Shown here: piece by piece, positions 26,950 to 36,899 of the stretch
Position numbering within the stretch: position 1 is the stretch's first letter
Layout of the letters: every line of letters starts with the position of its first letter
Assembly: GCA_030018135.1 (NCBI GenBank)
Contig: JASEGJ010000002.1
Span: 31,309 to 95,308 of the forward strand
Length of the DNA: 64,000 nt
Direction of reading: 5' to 3'
DNA from: Candidatus Hodarchaeaceae archaeon
GTDB taxonomy: Archaea; Hadarchaeota; Hadarchaeia; Hadarchaeales; Hadarchaeaceae
Made by a program: the position numbers and the translations under genes
Notes under the pieces: generated by a model
Databases searched by the model: none
Seen by the model: only the letters and a program-made list of their open reading frames with translations
What the model was told of the DNA's origin: nothing

Positions 26950-27507
26950 TTAGCGCAGATAAATATTGCCACCGTGCAGGTCGACGGCCACGACGAGGGG
27001 CCCGAAGTCACGAACTCGCAACACCCAAATCGCCTCCGCCGTCCCGAGGTCCTGCCATAACATCTTCTCGACTCCTTTGATGGCCCGTGCAGCTAGGACA
27101 CCGGCACCGCCCGTGAAAGCGAGATATATGCAGCCCAATCGCCTAAGCTCCGACGCAACGTCCTCCCCAACTCCCCCCTTGCCGATCAGCGCGCGCACGC
27201 CAGTCAATTCGACAAATTCTGCCTGCATGCTATCGAGGCGGGCGCTGGTGGTGGGCCCGGCGGACAAAACTTGCCAGCCCCCCCTCGTTTTCATCGCCAA
27301 AGGCCCACAATGATAAATCGCCGCGCCGCGTAGGTCGAGCGGCAACCGTTTACCCGAGCGGAGGGACTCCAGCGCTCGGGCGTACGCTTTATCGCGAGCA
27401 GTGATGATCCGCTCGCTGATGCTGACGAAGTCGCCAACTCGAAGTCGCTTTATCTGTCGCTCATCAAGCGGCGGTCTCAGTTTTGTAGCATGGGGGACGA
27501 AAATCAC
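26950..27507 (-). CDS. Fe-S hydro-lyase (fumarate hydratase/tartrate dehydratase) beta subunit
   Basis: TARD.A, YHCGP, GPTTSAR, IGKGG and FGPLVVAVD.HG motifs. Confidence 0.9.
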   Translation of the reverse strand: MIFVPHATKLRPPLDERQIKRLRVGDFVSISERIITARDKAYARALESLRSGKRLPLDLRGAAIYHCGPLAMKTRGGWQVLSAGPTTSARLDSMQAEFVELTGVRALIGKGGVGEDVASELRRLGCIYLAFTGGAGVLAARAIKGVEKMLWQDLGTAEAIWVLRVRDFGPLVVAVDLHGGNIYLR

Positions 27508-28361
27508 GGAACTTCCACCACCAGTCGATCGTCGACAAGCCTAGCTGATGCCCGGCGCGCGGCCCAGCATTGAAAGTTGATCGCGACTGGCAGGCTGGCC
27601 ATATGGCATGCTGCCTTCTCGACGTGGACCCCAAGGACCGTCGTCCTGCCGCCTAGACCCATGGGTCCAATGCCGAACTCGTTGGCCGCGTCAGCGAGGC
27701 GGAGCTCAAGGTCGGCGAGCCCCCGATCTCTGTTCGAGGTGCCCAACGGGCGCAGGAGCGCCCTTTTGGCGAGCAGGCAGGCAACGTCCGCGGAGCCCCC
27801 CACGCCGACCCCCACAATCGTAGGCGGACAGGGCTTGCCCCCGGATTCAGCGACGGCGAACAAGACGGCGCGCTTAATTGCCGCTTGGCCGTCGGTGGGT
27901 CTGAGCATATAGAGCCTGCTCCAGTTTTCGCTACCGGCGCCCTTGATAAGGATGTCGATTTGTAAGTGTTTGCCGCGGATTAGGTCAATATGGACGATCG
28001 GCTGGCCCGCATTAGATTTTTTTCCGGTGAGTGGATCGACTGCATTCTGACGAAGTGGCACAGCCCGTGCCGCCCTTTTGATGGCATCCGATAACGCCCG
28101 AACTAAATCGAAGCCGAGATCGAGCTCCGAGCCCAGTTTGACGAAGAAAATTGGGATGCCGGTGTCTTGGCAAATCGGCACCCCGAGTTTTCGCGCGAGT
28201 TCTAGGTTCTTGAGCATGCAGTCGAATTGCACCGTGGCAATTTTATTTCGCTCACGTTTTCTTGATCGCTCAATCGCATCAACGATGTCTTTTGGTAGCG
28301 TCGTCGCGGCTCGCTGAAGCATCTCGACTACGACATCACGGAACTCGTTTTTAAGTGGCAT
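27504..28361 (-). CDS. Fe-S hydro-lyase (fumarate hydratase/tartrate dehydratase) alpha subunit
   Basis: PICQDTG, KGAGSEN, CPP..VGVGVGG, GIGPMGLGG and CWAAR motifs. Confidence 0.92.
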   Translation of the reverse strand: MPLKNEFRDVVVEMLQRAATTLPKDIVDAIERSRKRERNKIATVQFDCMLKNLELARKLGVPICQDTGIPIFFVKLGSELDLGFDLVRALSDAIKRAARAVPLRQNAVDPLTGKKSNAGQPIVHIDLIRGKHLQIDILIKGAGSENWSRLYMLRPTDGQAAIKRAVLFAVAESGGKPCPPTIVGVGVGGSADVACLLAKRALLRPLGTSNRDRGLADLELRLADAANEFGIGPMGLGGRTTVLGVHVEKAACHMASLPVAINFQCWAARRASARLVDDRLVVEVP

Positions 28362-28438
28362 GCGATCGACTCCAAATAGGTTTGATAACATTAAAACACC
28401 TTCGCGAGAATGCTTTTTGTTTGAGATGTGGGCCTACC

Positions 28439-28807
28439 ATGCTCCTAGTCGACTTAACAACTGGCAAAACCTTGGCGAACGAGGTCAAATTAGCGGGCAC
28501 AATTTGGCAGATGTTTCTCGGTCTGATGTTTAAGGGCGGATTTCCAGCCGACCGAGCTTTGCTTTTTAAGCTGCCGAGGCCCGGCAAATACAGCGTTCAC
28601 ACATTTTTTGTCGCGGTTCCGATCGACTTGATATATCTCGACTCCGGTTTCACTGTTGTTGAGCTTCGCGCGCATCTTAAGCCTTGGCGCATCTACAGAC
28701 CGAAATCTATCGCAAATTATATCATCGAGCTTCCAGTGGGCAGCATCGCACGTGCAGGCGCTGAGATCGGGCATAAGGTGGCTCTGAAGGAGGACACCGA
28801 TGCATAA
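28439..28807 (+). CDS. DUF192 family protein
   Basis: GLMF, VHTFFV..PID..YLD, LKPWR and IELP.G motifs. Confidence 0.85.
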   Translation: MLLVDLTTGKTLANEVKLAGTIWQMFLGLMFKGGFPADRALLFKLPRPGKYSVHTFFVAVPIDLIYLDSGFTVVELRAHLKPWRIYRPKSIANYIIELPVGSIARAGAEIGHKVALKEDTDA

Positions 28808-28910
28808 AAAATTTCATGCCTCATAGGAATGCTGGTGCATAACAGCCCAATAGTAACACATAAATTATAGGAAAAACGACAAAAAATGGGCTGGCCGAGC
28901 TGGCGAGGGG

Positions 28911-29837
28911 GTGACATCAGGCGGTGAGCAGGTGGAAATCCCCGAAGCGCTGGCGGCGGCAGCGGCATACTTGGCTTCTGAAATAAATGCCGATGCGATG
29001 CTTGCATTGATGGAAGATGGGAGGGCATACAACCCGACATTTCAGGAGATTTTCGACAGATTCATGATCCGAAATACGACAAATTCTCACAAAAAGAGGA
29101 TCAAATTTGTTATAGCAACGTCAGATCAGGAAACTTACGAAAAGCTAAGTACTCGCTCACAGACCAAAGTTATTAAACTCGCTTTGCAGCCCCCAGGCAG
29201 GATTAGCAAAATTCAACACGCGATATGCAGTGGCGTACAAAAGGGTGTTTTCTGGCCAGGCGAGCTCATAGTATGTTTAACTGGAGACGGTTTCTTGGGT
29301 GGAATCGATACACTTTTTGTTCATCGAGTCGTGGGGTCCGAGTCAACGTTTGCAGAAATGATCGAATCAGATCCGGTACTATGCGCGGTCGTCGAGATAG
29401 CGATGGAACTGGGCCGAGATGGTTACCACGGCCAACCGATAGGCACGGCATTCATGGTAGGCGACAGCAAGGCGGTTCTGAGACTCTCAAATCAACTCAT
29501 GTTAAACCCGTTTAGGGGCCATCCTCCAGCAATAGTCACGGATAGGAAAGACAAGGAAATCATTAAGAAGTATGCAGTATTCGATGGCGCATTTATCGTG
29601 AACGATGATGGGCGAGTTTTGGCGGCGGGACGATATCTAAGCGCGAACGCCAAGGTTGACATCCCTCGCGGCCTCGGAACCCGCCACACAGCGGTAGCGG
29701 CGATGACCGCGGCGACAAATGCCAAAGGGGTCACAGTTTCCGGGGAGGATGGCGCAGTGAGGATTTTCGAGCACGGCGAACTCAAGGCGAAGATCAATCC
29801 CAAGAGCAAGACATTAACCGAGATATTGATAGAGTAG
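28911..29837 (+). CDS. dacZ: Diadenylate cyclase, archaeal DacZ type
   Basis: N-terminal pyruvate-kinase-C-like domain plus DAC domain with G..F.VGD, NPF.G, DGA and GLGTRH motifs. Confidence 0.85.
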   Translation: MTSGGEQVEIPEALAAAAAYLASEINADAMLALMEDGRAYNPTFQEIFDRFMIRNTTNSHKKRIKFVIATSDQETYEKLSTRSQTKVIKLALQPPGRISKIQHAICSGVQKGVFWPGELIVCLTGDGFLGGIDTLFVHRVVGSESTFAEMIESDPVLCAVVEIAMELGRDGYHGQPIGTAFMVGDSKAVLRLSNQLMLNPFRGHPPAIVTDRKDKEIIKKYAVFDGAFIVNDDGRVLAAGRYLSANAKVDIPRGLGTRHTAVAAMTAATNAKGVTVSGEDGAVRIFEHGELKAKINPKSKTLTEILIE

Positions 29838-29841
29838 GCCG

Positions 29842-30705
29842 CTAGCCAGTTACATATTCAAGCGTTTGCGGAAGGCCCCACTTTAGCTTGAATTTACGCC
29901 GGAAATATTTCAGGACATTTTCGACATCGCGCCCCAACAGCTCTTTTGCATTACGATGGCTGGTCGGTACCCATTGGGGCCAATCTATGATCAACACTTC
30001 ACCGCTGGGCTTGACGACGATATTATGTTCGCTAAGGTCTGCGTGCACGATGCCCAGTTGATATGCTCGCTTAACGTTTTCGATTACATCCTCGAGCACG
30101 ATACCGGGCTCGGTTATACCTGCAACGTTTGCAAGCTCCACACCATCTATTAGCCCCATCACCACGACGTGACGATCAATTGCGATCGGTTTCGGCACCG
30201 AGACATGTGGGTGAAGCCTTTGTAGCGCGTCGAACTCGCGTTTAGCAGCCGATCGCGAGGCGTAAACCCAACTGCAACTGGGTGCATAAGGGCGAAGTTT
30301 TTTGACACGGGTAAAGCTCGTCCGCCCCAGGCGATTAAACTTAACCGCAACTTTTGTACCATCCGGCATGAGCGCATCGTAAATGTCGGCTTCCTTGCCT
30401 ATGCCGAGTGGGTTACCAAAGGCCTCGAGCACGCTTCTTTCGACCAGTGCCCTAAGCGCTAGTGCATCGTATCCAGCTGGCAGAAGCCTATAGCCGACAT
30501 AGCCGGTCGTTCGGCGCACTATCAGCTTGAACTTGCTTAGTCTGTCGAGTAGGTAATCCACATCTTTTGATGCAAGCCCGCTTAATACGGACAGTTTGTC
30601 AACTGGGACGAACTCATAGTGGCGCATCCCTCGCTCCATTACGGCGAGCATTTTGAAGTCATCAGGCCGCAGCTGCTTGAACACATTGATTGCTTGCAGG
30701 ATCAT
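29842..30705 (-). CDS. rio2: RIO2-type Ser/Thr kinase
   Basis: N-terminal wHTH (HYEFVP, GYD.LAL), GKEADIY, KF.RLGRTSF, HADLSE.N and IIDWPQ motifs. Confidence 0.92.
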   Translation of the reverse strand: MILQAINVFKQLRPDDFKMLAVMERGMRHYEFVPVDKLSVLSGLASKDVDYLLDRLSKFKLIVRRTTGYVGYRLLPAGYDALALRALVERSVLEAFGNPLGIGKEADIYDALMPDGTKVAVKFNRLGRTSFTRVKKLRPYAPSCSWVYASRSAAKREFDALQRLHPHVSVPKPIAIDRHVVVMGLIDGVELANVAGITEPGIVLEDVIENVKRAYQLGIVHADLSEHNIVVKPSGEVLIIDWPQWVPTSHRNAKELLGRDVENVLKYFRRKFKLKWGLPQTLEYVTG

Positions 30706-30758
30706 TTTCTCAAAAAGCTATATTTGTTCAGCGGCTAAAACAGTTTGAGGGGACATCG

Positions 30759-32471
30759 GTGCGTTATGCGACCTTGGCCGAGGCCTTTGAGAAGCTCGAG
30801 AAAACCTCAGCGTATCTTGAGAAGAATGCCATTATCGCAGATCTGTTGAGGAAGACACCTGCCAAAGACATGGAGATGGTCGTCTCACTTTTGTTGGGCA
30901 AAACATACCCAACCTATGTGTCTAAGGAGACGGGCGTTGGTCCGCAGCAGCTAAAAAAGGCGTTGGCCCAAGCCTCGGGCTACTCATCCGCGGATATAGA
31001 TAGGCTTTTGAAAAAAGTCGGCGATTTGGGCGAAGTTGCCCGACAGCTGCAGGAGAAGAAAAAACAGGTGACATTGTTCGCGGGACACTTAACAGTAGAG
31101 AAAGTTTTCAATAACATCAAGGCGCTGCCTGAGATCGCAGGCGAGGGCTCAGTTGATAAGAAGATATCCGCGATCGCTGAACTCTTGGCCAGCGCGTCTC
31201 CGCTTGAGGCTAAGTACGTGGTTCGCACAGTGTTGGGGGACCTCAGAATAGGCGTGGCAGAGGGGCGTCTCCGCGATGCAATAGCCAGCGCATTCAACGT
31301 TTCCCCAGATGTTGTTGAACATGCATACATGCTGACAACAGATTATGCCGTTGTTGCTAAAGCCGCCGCAGCTCGAGGCGAGCGGGGTTTGGAGGAACTT
31401 GGGTTAGAGGTCGGTCACCCAGTCAATCCGATGCTGGCGCAGCGCGCTGAAACTCTGGAGGAGATACTCGAACGCATGGGTGGCAAAGCTGCATTTGAGA
31501 TCAAGCTCGATGGTATTAGGATTCAAGCCCATAAGGACGGAGATCAGATAAGTTTGTTCACACGCCGTATGGAGGATTACACGTCCATGTTCCCAGACTT
31601 GATAGAACCGCTGCGTCAAGCGCTGAAGCCCAAACGCGTGATCGTCGATGGGGAACTCGTCGCGATCGACAAGCGGACGGGCAAGCCAATGCCGTTTCAG
31701 GAGGTCCTAAAGCGGCGCCGTAAGTACGAGATCAAGGAAGCCATAGAGCAACTCCCAATCGAGATGCACATATTTGATGTGATGTTTTGCGAAAAGGAGT
31801 CCATGCTCGACCGACCGTACACCGAGCGCAGAACGGTACTCGAGAAAATCGTCGAACCGATAGCCGGCAAGGTTCTAGTGGTCGAACAGATAGTCAGCGG
31901 TGATCCAGACGAAATTAAGACCTTCATGAACAAGTCCATCGGCATGGGACATGAGGGGCTGTTAGCAAAGGATTTAAAGGCAAATTATCGCGCCGGCAGA
32001 CGCGAGTTCGTCTGGTTGAAGTTAAAGCCGACAGTTGAAACCCTTGATCTTGCGGTAGTTGGTTCGTTCGCGGGCAGGGGCAAGCGCGCCGGCACGTTTG
32101 GCAGCTATTTACTTGCTGCCCGCGATTCAAAGACCGATAAGCTTTACACGGTGACGAAGCTTGGTAGCGGGTTCACCGATGAGCAACTTGAAGAGTTTAC
32201 GAAAGAATTTAAACCACTAATAGTAGATAAGAAACCCGCGAACGTAGTCGCCGAAATTGAGCCAGACCTTTGGCTAAAACCCAAAATCGTTTTTGAGATT
32301 ATATACGAGGAAATCCAGAAGTCGCCGGCAGAAAAACATACGAGCGGATTCGGCCTGAGATTTCCGAGGTTTGTGAAGTTGCGCGAGGACAAAAGCGCCG
32401 ACGAGGTAAACACGGTCGAGGAGATAGAACATCTTTACCTTGAGCAGCAAAAAAGAAAAACGAGGAAATAA
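30759..32471 (+). CDS. lig: ATP-dependent DNA ligase
   Basis: PMLAQ, EIKLDG.R, DGE, EGLLAK, WLKLK and LRFPRF..LREDK motifs. Confidence 0.97.
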   Translation: MRYATLAEAFEKLEKTSAYLEKNAIIADLLRKTPAKDMEMVVSLLLGKTYPTYVSKETGVGPQQLKKALAQASGYSSADIDRLLKKVGDLGEVARQLQEKKKQVTLFAGHLTVEKVFNNIKALPEIAGEGSVDKKISAIAELLASASPLEAKYVVRTVLGDLRIGVAEGRLRDAIASAFNVSPDVVEHAYMLTTDYAVVAKAAAARGERGLEELGLEVGHPVNPMLAQRAETLEEILERMGGKAAFEIKLDGIRIQAHKDGDQISLFTRRMEDYTSMFPDLIEPLRQALKPKRVIVDGELVAIDKRTGKPMPFQEVLKRRRKYEIKEAIEQLPIEMHIFDVMFCEKESMLDRPYTERRTVLEKIVEPIAGKVLVVEQIVSGDPDEIKTFMNKSIGMGHEGLLAKDLKANYRAGRREFVWLKLKPTVETLDLAVVGSFAGRGKRAGTFGSYLLAARDSKTDKLYTVTKLGSGFTDEQLEEFTKEFKPLIVDKKPANVVAEIEPDLWLKPKIVFEIIYEEIQKSPAEKHTSGFGLRFPRFVKLREDKSADEVNTVEEIEHLYLEQQKRKTRK

Positions 32472-32483
32472 AGATCGGATTCA

Positions 32484-33884
32484 TCAGCCAACGAGTTCGG
32501 CGAATACATGGTTCTCGAACTCTTCTAAAAATTTTTGTAATTTGCTTTCCTCAACTTGTGCGCCGCAAGCAACGGCGTGTCCGCCGCCCTCGCCCCCCAC
32601 GGCTTTGGCTGCTTTACGGATGGCTTGTGCCATGTCCAAACCCTTTAGAAATAAGAGCTTTGAACATCGCGCCGAAATCCTTGCCACGCCTTGGCTTCGA
32701 ACGATGCCCAAAATCGGTTTATACGGGTCACATGCGCGATGTCCAAGTGCCATACTAGCTACTGTTCCGATGAACGTATCCTTTAGTACGCCAGTAGCAT
32801 CAAAGTACTGCAAATAGCCGCGGGGCGTTTTCATGAGCCCTTCTTGTTCGACGAATTCCATGCCTTCAGCTATGCATCGCCTATAATACCTGATTAGGTT
32901 TAGCATCGCTCTGTAGTAAACCTTACGGTCTCCTCTGGCAACCTCAAAACCGATCAACGGTTGCTCATGGCGCGCAGTCGAGTTAATGCACGTTGCAAAT
33001 TCATCAGCACCCCTGAGCATCGACCGCTCGTTTTCCTTTAAGAGGGTGTGGGCTTCTCCTATTATCAACCCTGGTACGTAAGCGACTAGCTCCTCCGGTA
33101 CGTGCATGAAGGCCCTTGTGATGAGTTCGGTCGCCAGCCGCCGTTTCTCCTCATCGGTAAGGTCAACGGGGCGCCTCCAACCATACTCGCCTTTGATTGG
33201 AATGTTCAGATCCTTGAGCAACGTTATGCAGCCAGCAGCCGAGTTGCTTACGCCGGGTATAGGGGGATCGGTGAGGGTTTCAAGCGCCTTGAAAATCGGT
33301 CTAGTATGGCGGCCATAGAGTAACAGGTCAGTTTTGTGCATCAAAACTCCAGCTTTGACCCCATCTTGCGCAATCTGGCGGTTGTAGCCCTTTAACTTAC
33401 CCCATGCATTTTGGATGTCACCGATCGCCCCGACGATGGCAAGCGCAGAAAGATCAGTGTTAGCAGGATCTAGTTCGCAAGCGATCGTGTACGCTACGCC
33501 AGCCCCACTTATCTCCTGAACGCCATCAAGGCCGCAGCTATGCGCGTTTATATGGATGAGTTCAGGCCAGTCATCCGCCTTTTCTGGCTCATGGTGATCA
33601 GCAACGATGACATCGTGCCCCCTGAACTTCTCTCCGACATTTCGTAATTGTGAACTACCGAGATCGGTAAATACGGTTAGATCAGCGGGGTCAAGTTGAT
33701 CAGTAACGTCGCGGTATAGCATGTGGACGAATTTTGTATGATGTTCGATATTCATACGTTTGAGTGCAGTTGAGATAATTGCGGCGGCACAAACGCCGTC
33801 CGCATCCATATGCGAAATTACGGCCACGGAATCATTGCGGTGAGCGCGAATTAATCGAGCGGCATCCCTTGCTAAATTAAGCAT
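32484..33884 (-). CDS. RecJ-like DHH phosphoesterase (GAN-like)
   Basis: H.DADG, DLGS, DHH and GGGH..ACG (DHHA1) motifs. Confidence 0.88.
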   Translation of the reverse strand: MLNLARDAARLIRAHRNDSVAVISHMDADGVCAAAIISTALKRMNIEHHTKFVHMLYRDVTDQLDPADLTVFTDLGSSQLRNVGEKFRGHDVIVADHHEPEKADDWPELIHINAHSCGLDGVQEISGAGVAYTIACELDPANTDLSALAIVGAIGDIQNAWGKLKGYNRQIAQDGVKAGVLMHKTDLLLYGRHTRPIFKALETLTDPPIPGVSNSAAGCITLLKDLNIPIKGEYGWRRPVDLTDEEKRRLATELITRAFMHVPEELVAYVPGLIIGEAHTLLKENERSMLRGADEFATCINSTARHEQPLIGFEVARGDRKVYYRAMLNLIRYYRRCIAEGMEFVEQEGLMKTPRGYLQYFDATGVLKDTFIGTVASMALGHRACDPYKPILGIVRSQGVARISARCSKLLFLKGLDMAQAIRKAAKAVGGEGGGHAVACGAQVEESKLQKFLEEFENHVFAELVG

Positions 33885-33960
33885 CCACGACCCTCAATCG
33901 TAAACTTTTATGATGCTTGTCACTTTTAAGCAGTTGCAACAATTATCAACTGGCGTTTGG

Positions 33961-35067
33961 ATGCGCACGATCGAGCTTCGAGGAAAAAGTGTGGTGTTAA
34001 TAGATCAGACGAGATTGCCGCACGAGCTAAAGCTAGTTAGATGCAAAAGTGCGGATGAAATAGTTCGCGCCATAAAAACGATGCGGATAAGAGGCGCGCC
34101 AGCATTGGGTGTAGCCGCTGCGATGGCCTTGGCCATAACGGCCCTGCGCAGTCGAGCTCGCAACAGGGAAACTTTATTGCGTGAACTCGAGCGCGCCGCA
34201 AATAAGATCAGACTGACGCGCCCAACTGCCATCAACCCCTTTGTTAGCTTGGAACGCGTGTTAAGCTTGGCCCATGCCACATCTGGAGATGCGAAGGGGG
34301 TACGCAAAGCCATTGTGAACGAGGCCCGAAGGATTGCGGATGAGGATGTCGAAACTAATAGGCGGATAGGCAAGCACGGCGCAAGTTTGCTCACAGATGG
34401 CAGCGTGGTGCTGACACATTGTAACACCGGAGCTCTTGCGTGCGTCGATTATGGAACGGCTTTAGGCGTTATTCGGGCCGCACAGGATCAGGGTAAAAAA
34501 ATAAGTGTGCTAGCAACCGAAACTCGACCGCTGCTACAAGGGGCAAGGTTAACGGCGTGGGAGTTGATGAGGGACGACATTCCGGTCACCTTGATAACGG
34601 ATAATATGGTCGGCTATTGCCTTTCAAAAAAACTTGTCGACGCGGTAATCGTGGGCGCCGATCGTATCCTATCAGATGGGCATTTGATAAATAAGATTGG
34701 CACGTACGTACTCGCAGTCTTGGCAAAGCACCACTCAATCCCATTTTACAGCGTCGCGCCGACATCCACATTCGACCTCAATAGCAAAGTTGAAGACGAG
34801 GTTATCGAAGAAAGAAAGGCCGAGGAAGTCACAACAATTGGGGGGCGTAGGATCGCACCGAGGGGGGTGCCAGTATTAAATCCGGCTTTTGACATTACCC
34901 CGCCTAAATTGGTAAGCGCATTTGTGACGGAAAAGGGCATCATATGGCCACCATTTGAGAAAAATATTCGTGAAACTATTGGGGATAGACAACATTTTCA
35001 AAATATGATTATCGGAGTTTTAAGCGCCAGCAAGAATAGCAAGAATAATTTCACCGGATGTAACTGA
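33961..35067 (+). CDS. mtnA: S-methyl-5-thioribose-1-phosphate isomerase
   Basis: IDQT.LP, IRGAPA, RPTA.N, THCN.G.LA, ETRPLLQGARLT.WEL and NPAFD.TP motifs. Confidence 0.9.
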   Translation: MRTIELRGKSVVLIDQTRLPHELKLVRCKSADEIVRAIKTMRIRGAPALGVAAAMALAITALRSRARNRETLLRELERAANKIRLTRPTAINPFVSLERVLSLAHATSGDAKGVRKAIVNEARRIADEDVETNRRIGKHGASLLTDGSVVLTHCNTGALACVDYGTALGVIRAAQDQGKKISVLATETRPLLQGARLTAWELMRDDIPVTLITDNMVGYCLSKKLVDAVIVGADRILSDGHLINKIGTYVLAVLAKHHSIPFYSVAPTSTFDLNSKVEDEVIEERKAEEVTTIGGRRIAPRGVPVLNPAFDITPPKLVSAFVTEKGIIWPPFEKNIRETIGDRQHFQNMIIGVLSASKNSKNNFTGCN

Positions 35068-35785
35068 CCTCTTCTTCGCTAGCTCGTAGCAATCTTGGCT
35101 TTGGCGGTTTAAGCTTTGGCAGGGCAGGAGCATATCTATGGAGGTTCGTTAAGTCCAGTTTGAAACTCAGAACCTTTGAGAGAACTTGTAAAACAGCCTC
35201 CGTGGCGCTAACGTCGAGAAGTCCGCCCCCCGTGGCGCCGAGCAGGCAAAATCCTCGTAGGCCCCTTGCCCTTGCCAGCCCAAGGAGTAGGCCGTTCATC
35301 CCCACTATCGTGCCACCGTCCAAGAGTTCAATGCCATGCTTGTGAAGCAGTTCAGCCATTTCGGCGTCTGTGGCGGTACCGACCACGGACGATCTTGATT
35401 CGTAAGGCGAAAGCATGTACGCTGCCATTGTGACTACCGTATCGCTCTCGTGCCGCATGGCGACATCTAAAATTTCGCTGGATAACTTATAGTGTCCAAT
35501 TGATGAGGTCGCTTGGGCATCCGCAGTGGCTAGGATAACGTCTTTCTCGGTTCCATCCGGTCTGCAGTAGCAAAAATCAACTTTGAGCGTCTTGACAAGT
35601 CCATCCTCGCGGACGACCCACTCCGGAAAATGCTCAGAGTAGAGTTCCGCGAACCTCTTCGCATGAAGCTCATGCATGAGGTACTCAACCGCAAGTTTGC
35701 CTATGTGCGCAATGCCCGGCAAGCCAGCGATAAGCAGGGATTTTTTGAGCTTTGGTTTTTCTAGATAGTTCAGGTATGCAGACAT
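35051..35785 (-). CDS. PAC2-family proteasome assembly chaperone
   Basis: GLPGIA..GKLA, G.IVGMNGLL and terminal YIR motifs. Confidence 0.8.
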   Translation of the reverse strand: MSAYLNYLEKPKLKKSLLIAGLPGIAHIGKLAVEYLMHELHAKRFAELYSEHFPEWVVREDGLVKTLKVDFCYCRPDGTEKDVILATADAQATSSIGHYKLSSEILDVAMRHESDTVVTMAAYMLSPYESRSSVVGTATDAEMAELLHKHGIELLDGGTIVGMNGLLLGLARARGLRGFCLLGATGGGLLDVSATEAVLQVLSKVLSFKLDLTNLHRYAPALPKLKPPKPRLLRASEEEVSYIR

Positions 35786-35842
35786 AATTGTTAGTATGCG
35801 GTGCTGGGATTTAAGTGTCACGACTAACTCAAGTGTAATCAT

Positions 35843-36820
35843 ATGAAGCTCGTGCCCATTGGAAATGGCGAAATTCGAGTTTTGCCGCTTGCATTTGAGA
35901 GCTTTGGTGTTCGCGGCATGGCGACGCTAGTCGAAACCGATGATATTAAGTTAGTTATCGACCCAAGCTCCGCGCTTGGGCCGCGGTTCAGACTCAATCC
36001 ACATGAGCGCGAGTATGTGGCACTTTCCAAGACGCGGAGAATGATATTGGATTTTGCACGCGATGCCGATGCATTAACAATTAGCCATTACCATTTTGAC
36101 CACTACCTACCAAACTTTGAAAATTGGTTATGGATATGGAGTTCTCCTGAGCTAGCAGAGGAGCTCTACTCGAACAAGCTAATCCTAGCTAAGGACATAA
36201 GCGCGAACATCAACCCCAGTCAGCGCAAGCGAGGCTACATGTTCAGGAAGCTCAACCTCAATTTCGCGAAGGAGATTCGGGTCGCAGACAGGCGGAGCTT
36301 TAGATTTGGTGGCACGACGCTCGAGTTCTCCAAACCAATTTACCATGGCCCAACTGGTTCTAAGCTAGGATACGTGCTAATGTTAACAGTTCGGACGCAA
36401 AACAGCTGTTTTTTGCATGCGCCCGATATTCAAGGTCCCATGTACGACGAGTCACTTCGGCTCATCTTGGCACAAAAACCGGATATGATGTTTATGGGCG
36501 GTCCACCGATTTATCTTAGCTTTAAGTTCAATAGCGATGACCTTGCGATCGCACAGCGCAACCTAACAACGCTGGCGCAACATGTGCATCAGCTCGTCGT
36601 CGACCACCACCTATTGCGCTCGCTTGACTATCCTGAGTATTTGAGGCCCGTAGCAAACGTCGCTGAGAGAGCCGGCAATCGGGTGCTCACAGCTGCGGAG
36701 CTAATCGGTCAGGAACCATTGCCGCTAGAGGCAAAACGTAAGGAGCTGCATCAGCGGGAGCCCGTCGCACGCGAGTGGTATGAGCGCTTAGAGCGAGGCG
36801 AGTTCAGGCGCGGATTTTGA
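35843..36820 (+). CDS. UPF0282 metallo-beta-lactamase-fold protein
   Basis: AFES.GVR.MAT, ISHYHFDH, HG, D.QGP and DHHLLR motifs. Confidence 0.85.
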   Translation: MKLVPIGNGEIRVLPLAFESFGVRGMATLVETDDIKLVIDPSSALGPRFRLNPHEREYVALSKTRRMILDFARDADALTISHYHFDHYLPNFENWLWIWSSPELAEELYSNKLILAKDISANINPSQRKRGYMFRKLNLNFAKEIRVADRRSFRFGGTTLEFSKPIYHGPTGSKLGYVLMLTVRTQNSCFLHAPDIQGPMYDESLRLILAQKPDMMFMGGPPIYLSFKFNSDDLAIAQRNLTTLAQHVHQLVVDHHLLRSLDYPEYLRPVANVAERAGNRVLTAAELIGQEPLPLEAKRKELHQREPVAREWYERLERGEFRRGF

Positions 36821-36899
36821 ACAGCAGCCCAGTCGATCGATGATTTGCAAAGTTAATCGAGTTCCCAATATTCATCGCACAAGGTCCAGCGTTGTATCA